From IMG/VR virus record IMGVR_UViG_3300025018_003789: a stretch of DNA of 64,000 nt; one strand, 5' to 3'. This document shows positions 30,794-39,549 of this stretch, in pieces. Under the pieces are notes generated by a model that worked only from the letters and a program-made list of their open reading frames with translations, was not told the origin of the DNA and ran no database searches. The position numbers were made by a program, and so were the translations under genes. This DNA comes from an uncultured virus (IMG/VR IMGVR_UViG_3300025018_003789). Lineage: Duplodnaviria; Heunggongvirae; Uroviricota; Caudoviricetes. Position 1 is the stretch's first letter; each line of letters starts with the position of its first letter.

Positions 30794-30831
30794 GATAAGA
30801 ACCCTTTCGTTCTTGGTATAATGTTACACCT

Positions 30832-31071
30832 TCACGGTGTTGTTTGCGTTAGCTCAAGAGGTTTGATTGGTTCGTTTTTGTAGAAGTGAAGGTCAGTCCA
30901 AAACTTATCAGTCATCACCAAAGGACGGCAACCCCTTTTGTCCTCTGGTAACAGCGCTTCAAACTCCTCAGCAGTAAAAAGGACAACATCCATAAACCTT
31001 GCAGGTCTTCCGTATTTTCCACGGATACGGATGTAAGTGTGTCCTTCAACCTGTGCTTCAATCTTTTCCAT
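30832..31071 (-). CDS. Hypothetical protein
   Basis: GAGG RBS; ends inside class I module. Confidence 0.55.
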   Translation of the reverse strand: MEKIEAQVEGHTYIRIRGKYGRPARFMDVVLFTAEEFEALLPEDKRGCRPLVMTDKFWTDLHFYKNEPIKPLELTQTTP

Positions 31072-31108
31072 TTCATACCTCGATTGTATAGTGATGGCTG
31101 GCATTGTG

Positions 31109-31748
31109 TCAAGAGGACGGTGTGAAGTTCTCCGATCCCATTTCATAAATAAGACCATCATCCCCAACATACCAGTCGACACTTCCCAGGCTCTTGGCAG
31201 CATCAGTGATGGCATCAGAAACCTTGTCGTCATAGCCACGATCCCAATACCCAGCGCCATGACCATTGCGTGTCAACCACAAGTCATGTCCGTTCTGTGC
31301 ATCAGACGCTTCGGTGGCTTCAAGTTCCTTGGCGAATGACTCACGGAAACCACTCAATTCCTCACGCAACCAAGCCAAGGTTGAAGGTTGAAGGTACAAG
31401 GTCATAAGGTCCATGAGTTTCGTCACTGTCAAAATCCCCATCTTCTGAGAAGTCAGAGAGTAACCAAATAGCGCATTCGATATAACCATTTTCAAATTCA
31501 TCAGGGACAAACTCAAGATACAATTTGTAATTCTTGAGTCGTTTGATGATGCTTTCGAGTTCAGCCTTTTCCTCACCTTTGAAGTCGAAAAGGTTGAATT
31601 CAAGGATGGCAATGGCTTCGTCGACCTGTTCAGGAGTTGAGTCCTGTCCAGCGACAAGGTTAGAACCGACGCCATAAACAGCATCCATTCCATTGTGCCA
31701 GTTGTGAAGAAGTAACCCAAGTGGAAGGTAAACGTTTGATTCAGGCAT
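31109..31748 (-). pseudogene. Phage protein with HDxWLTRNGHGAGxWDRG motif, frameshifted by 7-nt duplication
   Basis: AAGGTTG twice at 31377-31390; removing one copy fuses the two overlapping ORFs into 210 aa. Confidence 0.65.
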
Positions 31749-32103
31749 TGATCGCTACTCCTGTTCCAGAAATTGTGCCCTTCATGGTCTTGAAGGTTGT
31801 TCCGTTGATCAAGGCAAGACGAAAGAGAGTCTTCTTGAGAAGGCTTTTCTTGTCATCCTTAGAGTGAAGTTTGTAAATGGTATAAGCCTCACTCAGTTGA
31901 ACAACACGGTCGCCAACCTTGACTTCAGAGAGACGCTTGTCGAGTCCGCTAGGGACATACTCCGAACGGTGAAAGCCCATAGGCTTTGATTGAGAAGTAG
32001 GATCAGGCGCTTGGTTATACCATGAAGGCTCAGGCGTATCAACAACCCGACCATCCTCCATTTTCATTGAACCAGACCAGAAGTTTTTCTTGAATTTTGC
32101 CAT
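31741..32103 (-). CDS. Hypothetical protein
   Basis: Class I module plus hairpin RBS. Confidence 0.65.
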   Translation of the reverse strand: MAKFKKNFWSGSMKMEDGRVVDTPEPSWYNQAPDPTSQSKPMGFHRSEYVPSGLDKRLSEVKVGDRVVQLSEAYTIYKLHSKDDKKSLLKKTLFRLALINGTTFKTMKGTISGTGVAINA

Positions 32104-32168
32104 GATAAGAACCCTTTCGTTCTTTGTTGTCTTGCTGATAAGACTAGAGGATCAACCCCTTGTTTCGG

Positions 32169-32453
32169 TTAGCTCGGATAGTAAGGGGTTATCAATTTCT
32201 TCAAGGCTGTAAAGATATTATCATCGTTGGCGTAGGCGTAGACTTTCCTTGTCCACTCATCCCTAAAACTTCTGGGAAGGGCATAGAAAACATCAAAGCA
32301 AAAACGCTTGAAAGGAATCTTGACTCTCGGATATTCAGTAAAAGTTTTCTTGCAATTCTTGGCAACCTCTTTGAATTTCTCTTCTCCCATCGAAGAGACA
32401 AACTTTTGAAACTCATCGGAAAGTTGTTTGAAGTCGTTATTTGTAATTTTCAT
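32169..32453 (-). CDS. Hypothetical phage protein
   Basis: RF.FD.F....VYAYANDDNI.TALKK motif; stop within class I motif. Confidence 0.7.
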   Translation of the reverse strand: MKITNNDFKQLSDEFQKFVSSMGEEKFKEVAKNCKKTFTEYPRVKIPFKRFCFDVFYALPRSFRDEWTRKVYAYANDDNIFTALKKLITPYYPS

Positions 32454-32500
32454 TGTAGAACCCTTTCGTTCTTTGTTGTCTTGCTGATAAGGTTAGAGTG

Positions 32501-32728
32501 TTACTTCTTTGTTTCAGTTAGCTCAACCGATTCGTCTACCCAGACTTCCATGTCAGAGGCTCCAACACGCCAGATGTTTTCACCGTCTGAATATTCGTGG
32601 TAATCACCCTCGGGATTGTAACCTTCGTGGCCGATCCCTTCCCGTGTTCCATTGTAAGGGCTTTTGTCTCCGTTCTGGACAGAGATGTCAGTTTGAAATT
32701 CTTTTGGTGCTGGAATGAATATCGGCAT
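32501..32728 (-). CDS. Small hypothetical protein
   Basis: Class I module plus AAGGAG RBS. Confidence 0.6.
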   Translation of the reverse strand: MPIFIPAPKEFQTDISVQNGDKSPYNGTREGIGHEGYNPEGDYHEYSDGENIWRVGASDMEVWVDESVELTETKK

Positions 32729-32767
32729 TGTGTTTCTCCTTGTTGGTATAGTCTTAAAGGTTGTATG

Positions 32768-33220
32768 TTATGTTACGGCTAGCTCGGCTCCCCACATTTC
32801 AGGTAACTTTTCCTTTGCACAAAAGCGACGATATTGTGAACGAAGATAAGCCTTGTCTTGCTCTGTATCTTCTAAGGGGCGATGAAAAGGGAAGTCCTTT
32901 AAGTGTTCAGTGTGAAGACTATCATGGAAAGGGCGAGAGGTAACAAGTCTACAGAAAAAAGAGAATGGGACAGGTCCATTTTCCCCGTAATGCCAGCCAT
33001 CACTACTCGCATTCCAGAGTCGCAACAACAATTCAAACCGTCTCCGATCCTCACAGCATACAACACTGGTTCCACGATTGCCTTCATAACGCCAAGTGTA
33101 ATAAAACCCCTTGTAATCCATGCACTGTGCTACTCGGGCATTTCGAGTGTAGTTGATTCGTTCACCGTTGAAGTACTCGGTGAGGTGAGTTGTGTTATCA
33201 TCTTCGGGAAAGTAACTCAT
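32768..33220 (-). CDS. Hypothetical protein
   Basis: ATGA-coupled; ends inside class I module. Confidence 0.6.
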   Translation of the reverse strand: MSYFPEDDNTTHLTEYFNGERINYTRNARVAQCMDYKGFYYTWRYEGNRGTSVVCCEDRRRFELLLRLWNASSDGWHYGENGPVPFSFFCRLVTSRPFHDSLHTEHLKDFPFHRPLEDTEQDKAYLRSQYRRFCAKEKLPEMWGAELAVT

Positions 33221-33462
33221 AAGACGCACCTGAAATTTCCATCATGGATCGAACGATCTTCAGCGTTCTTCCAATCATAATATTTTTTGTATTGTTCAAG
33301 ATGTTCAGCGGTCAAGACGTTACCGCCATTGATAACGGTATCAGTCTCAGGATCAAGGACAGTAATTGCCTTGAATTCATTGTAAGACTTGACCCGCACC
33401 TTGTAACCCAAGGCTTTGATTTCTTTCTTGACTTCAGAGAGTGTCATTTCCTTCTTCATCAT
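33217..33462 (-). CDS. Hypothetical protein
   Basis: Class I module plus hairpin RBS. Confidence 0.65.
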   Translation of the reverse strand: MMKKEMTLSEVKKEIKALGYKVRVKSYNEFKAITVLDPETDTVINGGNVLTAEHLEQYKKYYDWKNAEDRSIHDGNFRCVL

Positions 33463-33605
33463 AGAACCCTTTCGTTCTTGGTGTATCTTGTAAGTGATGA
33501 GGCAATGTTTTGGTTAGCTCCTGATAAATACCTAATCAATTTAGATACTTATCAGGAACGGGGAACAATAAATGCTCCCCCATTCCCTTGGCCGACGAGG
33601 AAAAG

Positions 33606-33770
33606 TTATTTCACAATGGCGTTGATAGCGTCGACACCCATCGGTTGAAGAATGCCAAAACAAAAGTAGAAAATAGCGGCAGTCCAAAGGATACCGACGA
33701 TCAAACCCAAAGCGTGAACGTGAAACGGTGTCTTTGGCGTTTCATAGTGGTGACGACGAAAAAGTGGCAT
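33606..33770 (-). CDS. Small membrane protein (54 aa, not in ORF track)
   Basis: AAGGAG RBS; MPLFRRHH...ALGLIVGILWTAAIFYFCFGIL... Confidence 0.55.
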   Translation of the reverse strand: MPLFRRHHYETPKTPFHVHALGLIVGILWTAAIFYFCFGILQPMGVDAINAIVK

Positions 33771-34296
33771 GTTGATGCTCCTTGGAAAAATGGTGACTCA
33801 GAATGTGACAGTGTGACGAACACCGTCAAGAAAAAAATGGGGGAAAACTCGAAAAGGAGAAATCCCCCCGCAACCCTGTCTTATTTATAGTCGCCTGTTG
33901 CCCACGACTCAGGTAACGAAATAATCTTAGTCATAGTATACCCTTTTGGGCGGTGCTTTGTTTCTAACCATTCAACTTCTCCTTGTCGGTATAACCTTAT
34001 GGTGAAGGGTATTTGTTTCGGTTAGCTCGCAGCAGACTTCACTTTATCAATGACAGTCCTTGCCACACAGCGGTTTTTGTTCCTCCTTCCAAGTCATATC
34101 GTTTATATCCAAACTCCTTATCGTGGTCGGGAACACTGCGCTTCTTGAACAAAGCCACAAGGACGTTGCCCAATACTTCAAGTTGTTCCTCGGTCAAGTT
34201 ATCAAGTGCTTCCATGATGTTTCTCCTTGTTGGTATAGTCTAAAGAGTGAGGGGTGATGTCACAGTTATCTCAACACCAACCCCCGTCCCAGCCAC

Positions 34297-34644
34297 TTAG
34301 TCACTTTCGACAGGATCAGGCTTTACAGTGTGGCAACCCCACGGGCATCAATACGCTTCCCAACCGCCATTTGAAGAGGTTGCAATCTCACAAGCAAAGT
34401 CAAAGATTGCGTCAGCTAAAACGTCTTCTGCCATTTCACTTGCCATTTGAAGACCTTCTTCATACTTCTCTGAATTCAATTCAGGTTCAGAGGAGTGGTC
34501 AACTTCTCCTGTCTCTTCATCGGTGATTGGTTCAGCGGCATAATTCTCTGCCCAACAAATTTCTAACCACTCACGATCCTTTGCATGAATCTGATTGCGG
34601 ATATTGTTGATGCCTTCGTTTGAGTAAGACCAAGACCAAGCCAT
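34297..34644 (-). CDS. Hypothetical phage protein; in-frame TGA at 34348-34350 precedes CPWGCHTV tail
   Basis: MAWSWSYSNEG start after hairpin RBS; NGGWEAY*CPWGCHTV continues to TAA at 34297. Confidence 0.55.
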
Positions 34645-34865
34645 GATAAGAACCCTTTCGTTCTGAAGATAATCTTACAAGTTGTATCTCATGTAAGCGT
34701 TAGCTCAACCCTCAATCACCACGTCGATGCATTTCTGCATGTTGTCCTCGACAGTCCCAAGGTTCAGCCATTTACCCACAAAATAAGCACGGATAGATTC
34801 ATCCGTGCCATTGATCGAGGTTGAGTAGTTATATTTTGGATCAGCAAATTTTACGTGCGCCACTC

Positions 34866-35162
34866 TCATTGGCTTGGCTCACGATTGACAAATTCACGGA
34901 TAGCCTTCTGAGTGTGCTTGATACCCAAAGCCTTGCACGTCGCCTTGAATGCTCTCCCGTCATGGGAAAAGGAATTCGTTTCGATTGCTTTACGCATCGA
35001 TTGACCAACTTCAGGGACGGTTTTCTTCTTGAGAAGTGATTTCCCAAGATTTCCGTGAGTAACTTCGTCCTTGTGTGCCCAAGGATATTCATCGGGAAAC
35101 GTATCAACTGCAATCTGCAATTGCTTTTCATATTCAGCCATAAAGGCATCAAGGTTTTTCAT
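34866..35162 (-). CDS. Hypothetical phage protein
   Basis: AFKATCKALGIKHTQKAI motif; hairpin RBS. Confidence 0.7.
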   Translation of the reverse strand: MKNLDAFMAEYEKQLQIAVDTFPDEYPWAHKDEVTHGNLGKSLLKKKTVPEVGQSMRKAIETNSFSHDGRAFKATCKALGIKHTQKAIREFVNREPSQ

Positions 35163-35221
35163 TGTAAGACCCTTTCGTCTTGAAGATAATGTTATACTAG
35201 CACTGTGTTGTCTTGGTTAGC

Positions 35222-35491
35222 TCAGATGTCGAGTCCTCCAGACTGAGTGAGAATGACACGATGACCAACGCAACGAATGCTTGGAAAGTGGGCAAAGGCA
35301 GCACCGGGGACACCTAATCCCTCTGGACGAACACCAGCAAGCAAATGAAATTCATTGATAAGATCACGGGCATCCTCACGAAGTTTGGCAGAGGTTTCAT
35401 TGTCAATAGTGAAATAGGCACGGAGTGACCAAGACTCATTGTCGCCTTCCACTTGCCTTGCTACCATATTGATTGCTTGCGTTGCGTTCAT
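35222..35491 (-). CDS. Hypothetical phage protein
   Basis: GVPGAAF...QSGGLDI; stop TGA overlaps class I motif. Confidence 0.7.
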   Translation of the reverse strand: MNATQAINMVARQVEGDNESWSLRAYFTIDNETSAKLREDARDLINEFHLLAGVRPEGLGVPGAAFAHFPSIRCVGHRVILTQSGGLDI

Positions 35492-35675
35492 CGTAGAACC
35501 CTTTCGTCCTTGGTATAATCTTACAAGTTGTATCTTGTGTTTCAGTTAGCTCGGTGAACAAGACACTGTGTAATCAAAACCTTTTTTGTTTTGTTTTTTG
35601 GGTTTTTTCCCACCTCCCTTAGAAACAAGGTGGCTGGCACCGCCCTGTCTTAGCAGCGATGCCAAACCAAACCCG

Positions 35676-36707
35676 TTAGGCTGTGACCTCCTTGGGAAGG
35701 AAGGAAAACTTCTCCCTGTCCTTAACTTCGTAAGGGAGACGAGTGTCGATGATCATGTTGCCTCGACGTTGTGCCGCTTGAGCAGCGTTGCGCAAGATGC
35801 TGATGTCAGACTTGATGCGCTTGAGCCACGTTGCGACGTAAACCGCCGAGTTCTTCTCATCGTCCTGCCCTGCGTTGTCGAAACCGAGACGGGCAAGGAC
35901 AAAGACCTTGGTCAACTCTGCTTTCAACTCTTCCTCACTGTAAGAATCGCTACGCATCGATCCCGTTGATACCTCACCAAGCATGTCACCGATTTGATGA
36001 CTCAATTCATGAATCCAAGTTCCGTAGTAAGAAACTGAATCCACGAACCCTGAAAGGGAAGGCATACGGATGTCTTTTGAAACCAAGTTGTAGCGAGGGA
36101 TGCAATCCTCATGACCGAAGTCTTGCGGGAAGGCACGGATCAAGGTTTCAAGTTCCTCAATCGAAGGGTTTTCACGCTTCTCAGGTTCAGCAAGAGCGGG
36201 AATGACACCGATTTCCTCAAGGTTCGTGTCCAAAACGTTGATGACCATGCCAGAGGCGAAGTGAGAGAACAACTGCTTTTTGTTATCCTCACTCTGAGGC
36301 AAGGACGCATTGAAAGCAGGGTTGTCCTTGAACACAGGACGGAAAACAGAAACCATCTTGGCACCCTTTTTGATGGACGCCGATTTGTGGCACTTATACT
36401 TGCCATTGAAGATCGCACTGCGAGCAACAAACCGATGATCAAACCGCTCCGATTTGTTCCTTCGCTGCGCTGCCATCGCTGCCATCATGAGGATCAAGTT
36501 GTTCACAGCGCCCTTATAGGGTCGACCAAGCGGGAAAGGATTCCCTGCGTGATCCTTTTTGGCAAGAACGTTTACGAACCTCTCATACATTGAGACAAAG
36601 TAAGGGCTTTGCCACGGGAGGATATTTTCGGCGAGGACAAACTCCTCGACCATTGAGACAGCCTTTTCTAAGGCTTTGTCGATGCTTTCGTTTGCGTTGT
36701 AACTCAT
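35676..36707 (-). CDS. ardC: ArdC-like ssDNA-binding/zincin-like antirestriction protein
   Basis: LPWQSP; RPYKG.N..IL; IKKGAK; I.MP....F....YY.T..HELSH; YSEEELKAEL; SA.Y..WL...AA.AAQ. Confidence 0.8.
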   Translation of the reverse strand: MSYNANESIDKALEKAVSMVEEFVLAENILPWQSPYFVSMYERFVNVLAKKDHAGNPFPLGRPYKGAVNNLILMMAAMAAQRRNKSERFDHRFVARSAIFNGKYKCHKSASIKKGAKMVSVFRPVFKDNPAFNASLPQSEDNKKQLFSHFASGMVINVLDTNLEEIGVIPALAEPEKRENPSIEELETLIRAFPQDFGHEDCIPRYNLVSKDIRMPSLSGFVDSVSYYGTWIHELSHQIGDMLGEVSTGSMRSDSYSEEELKAELTKVFVLARLGFDNAGQDDEKNSAVYVATWLKRIKSDISILRNAAQAAQRRGNMIIDTRLPYEVKDREKFSFLPKEVTA

Positions 36708-36899
36708 TGTGCTTTCCTCACTGCGCTTGTAGCGCAATCAAATTTGTGTGCAGCGTCTTTCTCTTGCTGACAATAGTAAGGAGGACAGCCCTTTGTTTTG
36801 GCTAGCTCGCTAAACAACATACAAAATGTAAGTCTGCTATGTGGAGGCAACTAGCATACAAACACAGGTTGTCGTTATCTCAGTGACTGAGACACAGAT

Positions 36900-37376
36900 T
36901 CACAAAAACCACGGCGGGGAATTGGGTTTGGGTTTCCCACCTCCCTTAGTAACAAGGTGGTTGGCATCCCCTCCCTGAGAAGGGGACACCGAAAACTTTT
37001 TCATTCCGCTAGGCTCTGCTTTTCGCTCACCGAGTAGGGCACGGAATTGTCTGACCTGAGCAATTGAACCCTCGAAATCAGGCTCATCTTCAAAGATGTT
37101 ACAAAGACCGTCAAGGTTTACGTCGATGAAAACCCTAACGACTTCTTGAGCATCATCAGACATCACGGGAAACATTTTGATGATGTGTTCTGGTTCAGTG
37201 GTCCAGAACAGGTTGGCAATCGTGTCCCACTGCTCACGGGACATCTGGTGGCGCAATACAAAATCGAATGCACTTTCATCATTTCCCACACAAAGGGAAT
37301 CATCGATCATCTGCTTTGCCAAAGGCAGAAGCCTATTGTATCTTTCATGGATTGGAGGCATTACAAAGTCAGACAT
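36900..37376 (-). CDS. Hypothetical protein
   Basis: AAGGAG RBS. Confidence 0.6.
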   Translation of the reverse strand: MSDFVMPPIHERYNRLLPLAKQMIDDSLCVGNDESAFDFVLRHQMSREQWDTIANLFWTTEPEHIIKMFPVMSDDAQEVVRVFIDVNLDGLCNIFEDEPDFEGSIAQVRQFRALLGERKAEPSGMKKFSVSPSQGGDANHLVTKGGGKPKPNSPPWFL

Positions 37377-37403
37377 GAAGAACTCCTTGGATTGTTTATA
37401 AAT

Positions 37404-37424
37404 TGCCTCCCCCGAAGGGGAGGC
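37404..37424 (-). terminator. GC-rich hairpin with TTCG loop
   Basis: GCCTCCCC-TTCG-GGGGAGGC on minus strand directly after a stop codon. Confidence 0.6.
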
Positions 37425-37433
37425 GCTTGATGA

Positions 37434-37814
37434 TTAGACCGGCTCCATTCCGGCAATTGCCCGACTATGGTTTTTATCCTCACGGCGAACCGCTGCCTTG
37501 CCCTCGGTGGCACGTCGCTGGCGGTCGAGCAACTGACCACGCTTGCGATATGTCCGCATCACCTTGCCGGACTTCTGGCGGATCACTTCCCGCCCATTGA
37601 AAGCCGTTTCAGGCATGACCTCACGAGGGGAGAGGCGAGAGGTATCGCCGTCGCACTCTTGCAATCTCTTGATTGCCATAGCCCGCTTGGCACCATTGTT
37701 GAGTTCCTTGGCGGTTGAACCCTTGGCGGGTTTCGTGAAGGAAATTTTCGCCAAACGGAAAAGAATTTCGTTTGTAAACTTGCTAGGTGAGCATGGAACG
37801 CCGTTGATATACAT
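37434..37814 (-). CDS. Basic hypothetical protein
   Basis: Start reassigned to MYINGV after hairpin RBS. Confidence 0.65.
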   Translation of the reverse strand: MYINGVPCSPSKFTNEILFRLAKISFTKPAKGSTAKELNNGAKRAMAIKRLQECDGDTSRLSPREVMPETAFNGREVIRQKSGKVMRTYRKRGQLLDRQRRATEGKAAVRREDKNHSRAIAGMEPV

Positions 37815-38125
37815 GGTAGAACCCTTTCGTTCTGTGATGTGGTTTGTATCAGCGTCTTTCTCTCTTGCTGATAATCTTATAGGAACCACCCTATGTTTTG
37901 GCTAGCTCGCTGCCTCCTCGAAAGATAAGATATTCCTTGGTCGATGTCGACGCTTTCCTTCGTTCAAACGACGAACTTTTGAGGGCGAATTGGTACGACG
38001 CTTGCGGATTGTCTCGAACGTGGAAAGATCATTTGACTTGACTTTCATATCTAGGCTCCTTTACCCATTGAGATGATCTTACAAAATGTAAGTCGTGTTT
38101 TGGTTAGCTCGTTGTGTTGTATATG

Positions 38126-38152
38126 AAAAAGCCTCCCCCGAAGGGAAGGCTT
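38126..38152 (-). terminator. Intrinsic terminator
   Basis: AAGCCTTCCC-TTCG-GGGGAGGCTT then T-run on minus strand. Confidence 0.75.
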
Positions 38153-38156
38153 GGAA

Positions 38157-38327
38157 TTACTTGGCGATTGCTTTGGTCTGATGCTTACGGATAAAATTGA
38201 GAGCAGGATCGCTCATTGAGGCAAGAAGCATGAATGCTTCAAGTTCGTTGGAACGTGCTTTACACCAAGCCTTGACTTCAGACTTTGCTACGTTGGATAG
38301 ATTTTGGAAGGCAGTAAGTTCAGCCAT
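38157..38327 (-). CDS. Small hypothetical protein, first gene of the minus-strand tract
   Basis: Class I module, hairpin RBS, own terminator. Confidence 0.65.
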   Translation of the reverse strand: MAELTAFQNLSNVAKSEVKAWCKARSNELEAFMLLASMSDPALNFIRKHQTKAIAK

Positions 38328-38638
38328 GATAGAACCCTTTCGTTCTTTAGTTTGTATCAGCGTTTGTCTCTCTTGCTGATAAGTATAAGACAACACACAC
38401 ATGTTTCGGCTAGCTCGGTATCCTATGCCAGCCACCACAGGGGGAGGGGGGGGTCAGGATGCGAATATAGGTTGCATGTTCTAGTTAGCTCGCATGTTAA
38501 ATAAGCACAGGCTTATAGGGGGGGGGGTTACCTTTTGGAGCCATACTCCCCCCCTCTGGGACTCCTAGATTTGAAAATTTGACGATACGAATTTTTGAAA
38601 ATAAAAAGTGGCCCCGTAAATAAAACTCGTATATTTTA

Positions 38639-39301
38639 ATGGGAGAAATTATTATAAAAATATGTTCTAAATGTAAAATAGAAAAAGAAGAAAGATTTTT
38701 CACTACAGATAAGTGCAGAAAAGATGGTCTTTGCCCTCAATGCAATGAATGTAGAAAAATTCACAAAAAGCGTAGCCGAGAAAGAAAGAAAGAAAAGATA
38801 AAAAGTTATGCAAAAGAATATTATAAAGAAAACCAAGAACATTTAAAAGCATACAGCAAAGAATATGGCAGAGATTATTATGAGAAGAACAAAGAAAAGT
38901 GCATTAGATATCAAATGGAATGGAGAAAGAAAAATAAAGAAAAACATAATTATTATAAATGTGGAACACCACAAAGAAGGATTAGAACTAATTTATCTAA
39001 AATATTTCAAAAATCAATCAATAAGGATGGGAATTCAACTTCTCAAATAACTGAGAATTATTTGGGATATAAATTAAAAGAATTATATAATCATTTAGAA
39101 TCTCTTTTTGAGGATGGTATGAGTTGGAACAATTATGGAGTAGGCAAAGGAAAGTGGTGTATAGATCATATCATTCCACAGTCTAGTTTTTCTTATTCTT
39201 CATACAATGATGAAGACTTTAAAAAATGTTGGTCACTTTCTAATTTACAACCTATGTGGTTTGATGAAAATTCTGCAAAGGGAAACAGAGGGGGGGGGTA
39301 G
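38639..39301 (+). CDS. HNH endonuclease with N-terminal zinc finger
   Basis: CSKC...CPQCNEC; GMSWNNYG..W.IDHIIP.SSF; CW.L.NLQPMW..EN..KGN. Confidence 0.85.
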   Translation: MGEIIIKICSKCKIEKEERFFTTDKCRKDGLCPQCNECRKIHKKRSRERKKEKIKSYAKEYYKENQEHLKAYSKEYGRDYYEKNKEKCIRYQMEWRKKNKEKHNYYKCGTPQRRIRTNLSKIFQKSINKDGNSTSQITENYLGYKLKELYNHLESLFEDGMSWNNYGVGKGKWCIDHIIPQSSFSYSSYNDEDFKKCWSLSNLQPMWFDENSAKGNRGGG

Positions 39302-39549
39302 GTAAATAGGGTTCCTTGGCAAAAAAAGGATACCCTTTTCAGAGTAGTGTACCGTTTTGTCAAAAAATATAATATGGGGTAAATTAGGGGGTGGGGGTGC
39401 TTTTAGGGATGTTAGGGATATGGGGGATTCCTTATCGGGGTAATATATTATACTTTTCTCGTTGTACAACGTTCTCATATAATTTATTTTTTATACAGGG
39501 GAAATGAGAGGGGGGGGGTAGGTAAATAGGGTTCCTTGGCAAAAAAAGG
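39287..39549 (+). repeat. 43-bp G-rich direct repeat, two copies 220 nt apart
   Basis: AGAGGGGGGGGGTAGGTAAATAGGGTTCCTTGGCAAAAAAAGG at 39287-39329 and 39507-39549. Confidence 0.9.

Larger units (their letters stand above)
24185..38346 (-). promoter_or_regulatory. Repeated translation-initiation hairpin AGAAC-GAAAGG-GTTCT (~16 copies)
   Basis: + strand AGAACCCTTTCGTTCT or variants near 24185, 25038, 27203, 27581, 28178, 28580, 29859, 30798, 32108, 32457, 33463, 34649, 35167, 35495, 37818, 38331; each a few nt before an ATG. Confidence 0.8.
6908..38491 (-). promoter_or_regulatory. Promoter class I array: GAGCTAAC-CGAAACA-N13/14-TANNNT-TAT modules (~35 copies)
   Basis: + strand GTTAGCTC (or 1-2 mismatch) cores start at 6908, 7299, 11372, 12697, 14826, 16976, 18647, 19187, 20773, 21796, 22634, 24236, 25090, 27253, 27633, 28228, 28632, 29264, 29909, 30848, 32168, 32517, 32778, 33513, 34021, 34265, 34699, 35216, 35545, 36801, 36874, 37901, 38103, 38409, 38484 (also 448, 511); 20-22 nt spacing to a -10-like hexamer in the ~20 copies counted; usually RBS+ATG downstream. 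Confidence 0.85.

Noticed and set aside
11325..38491. Repeated GTTAGCTC modules as a CRISPR array
   Set aside because: Repeats are degenerate, separated by whole genes of variable length, and no cas genes are present
11325..38491. Modules as integron attC sites (CTAAC resembles R'')
   Set aside because: No consistent downstream R' GTTRRRY or long imperfect palindrome and no integrase in the window; fixed spacing to a -10-like box fits a promoter better
5898..38504. Numerous + strand ORFs in the track opposite the minus-strand genes
   Set aside because: Antisense shadows without RBS or recognisable motifs
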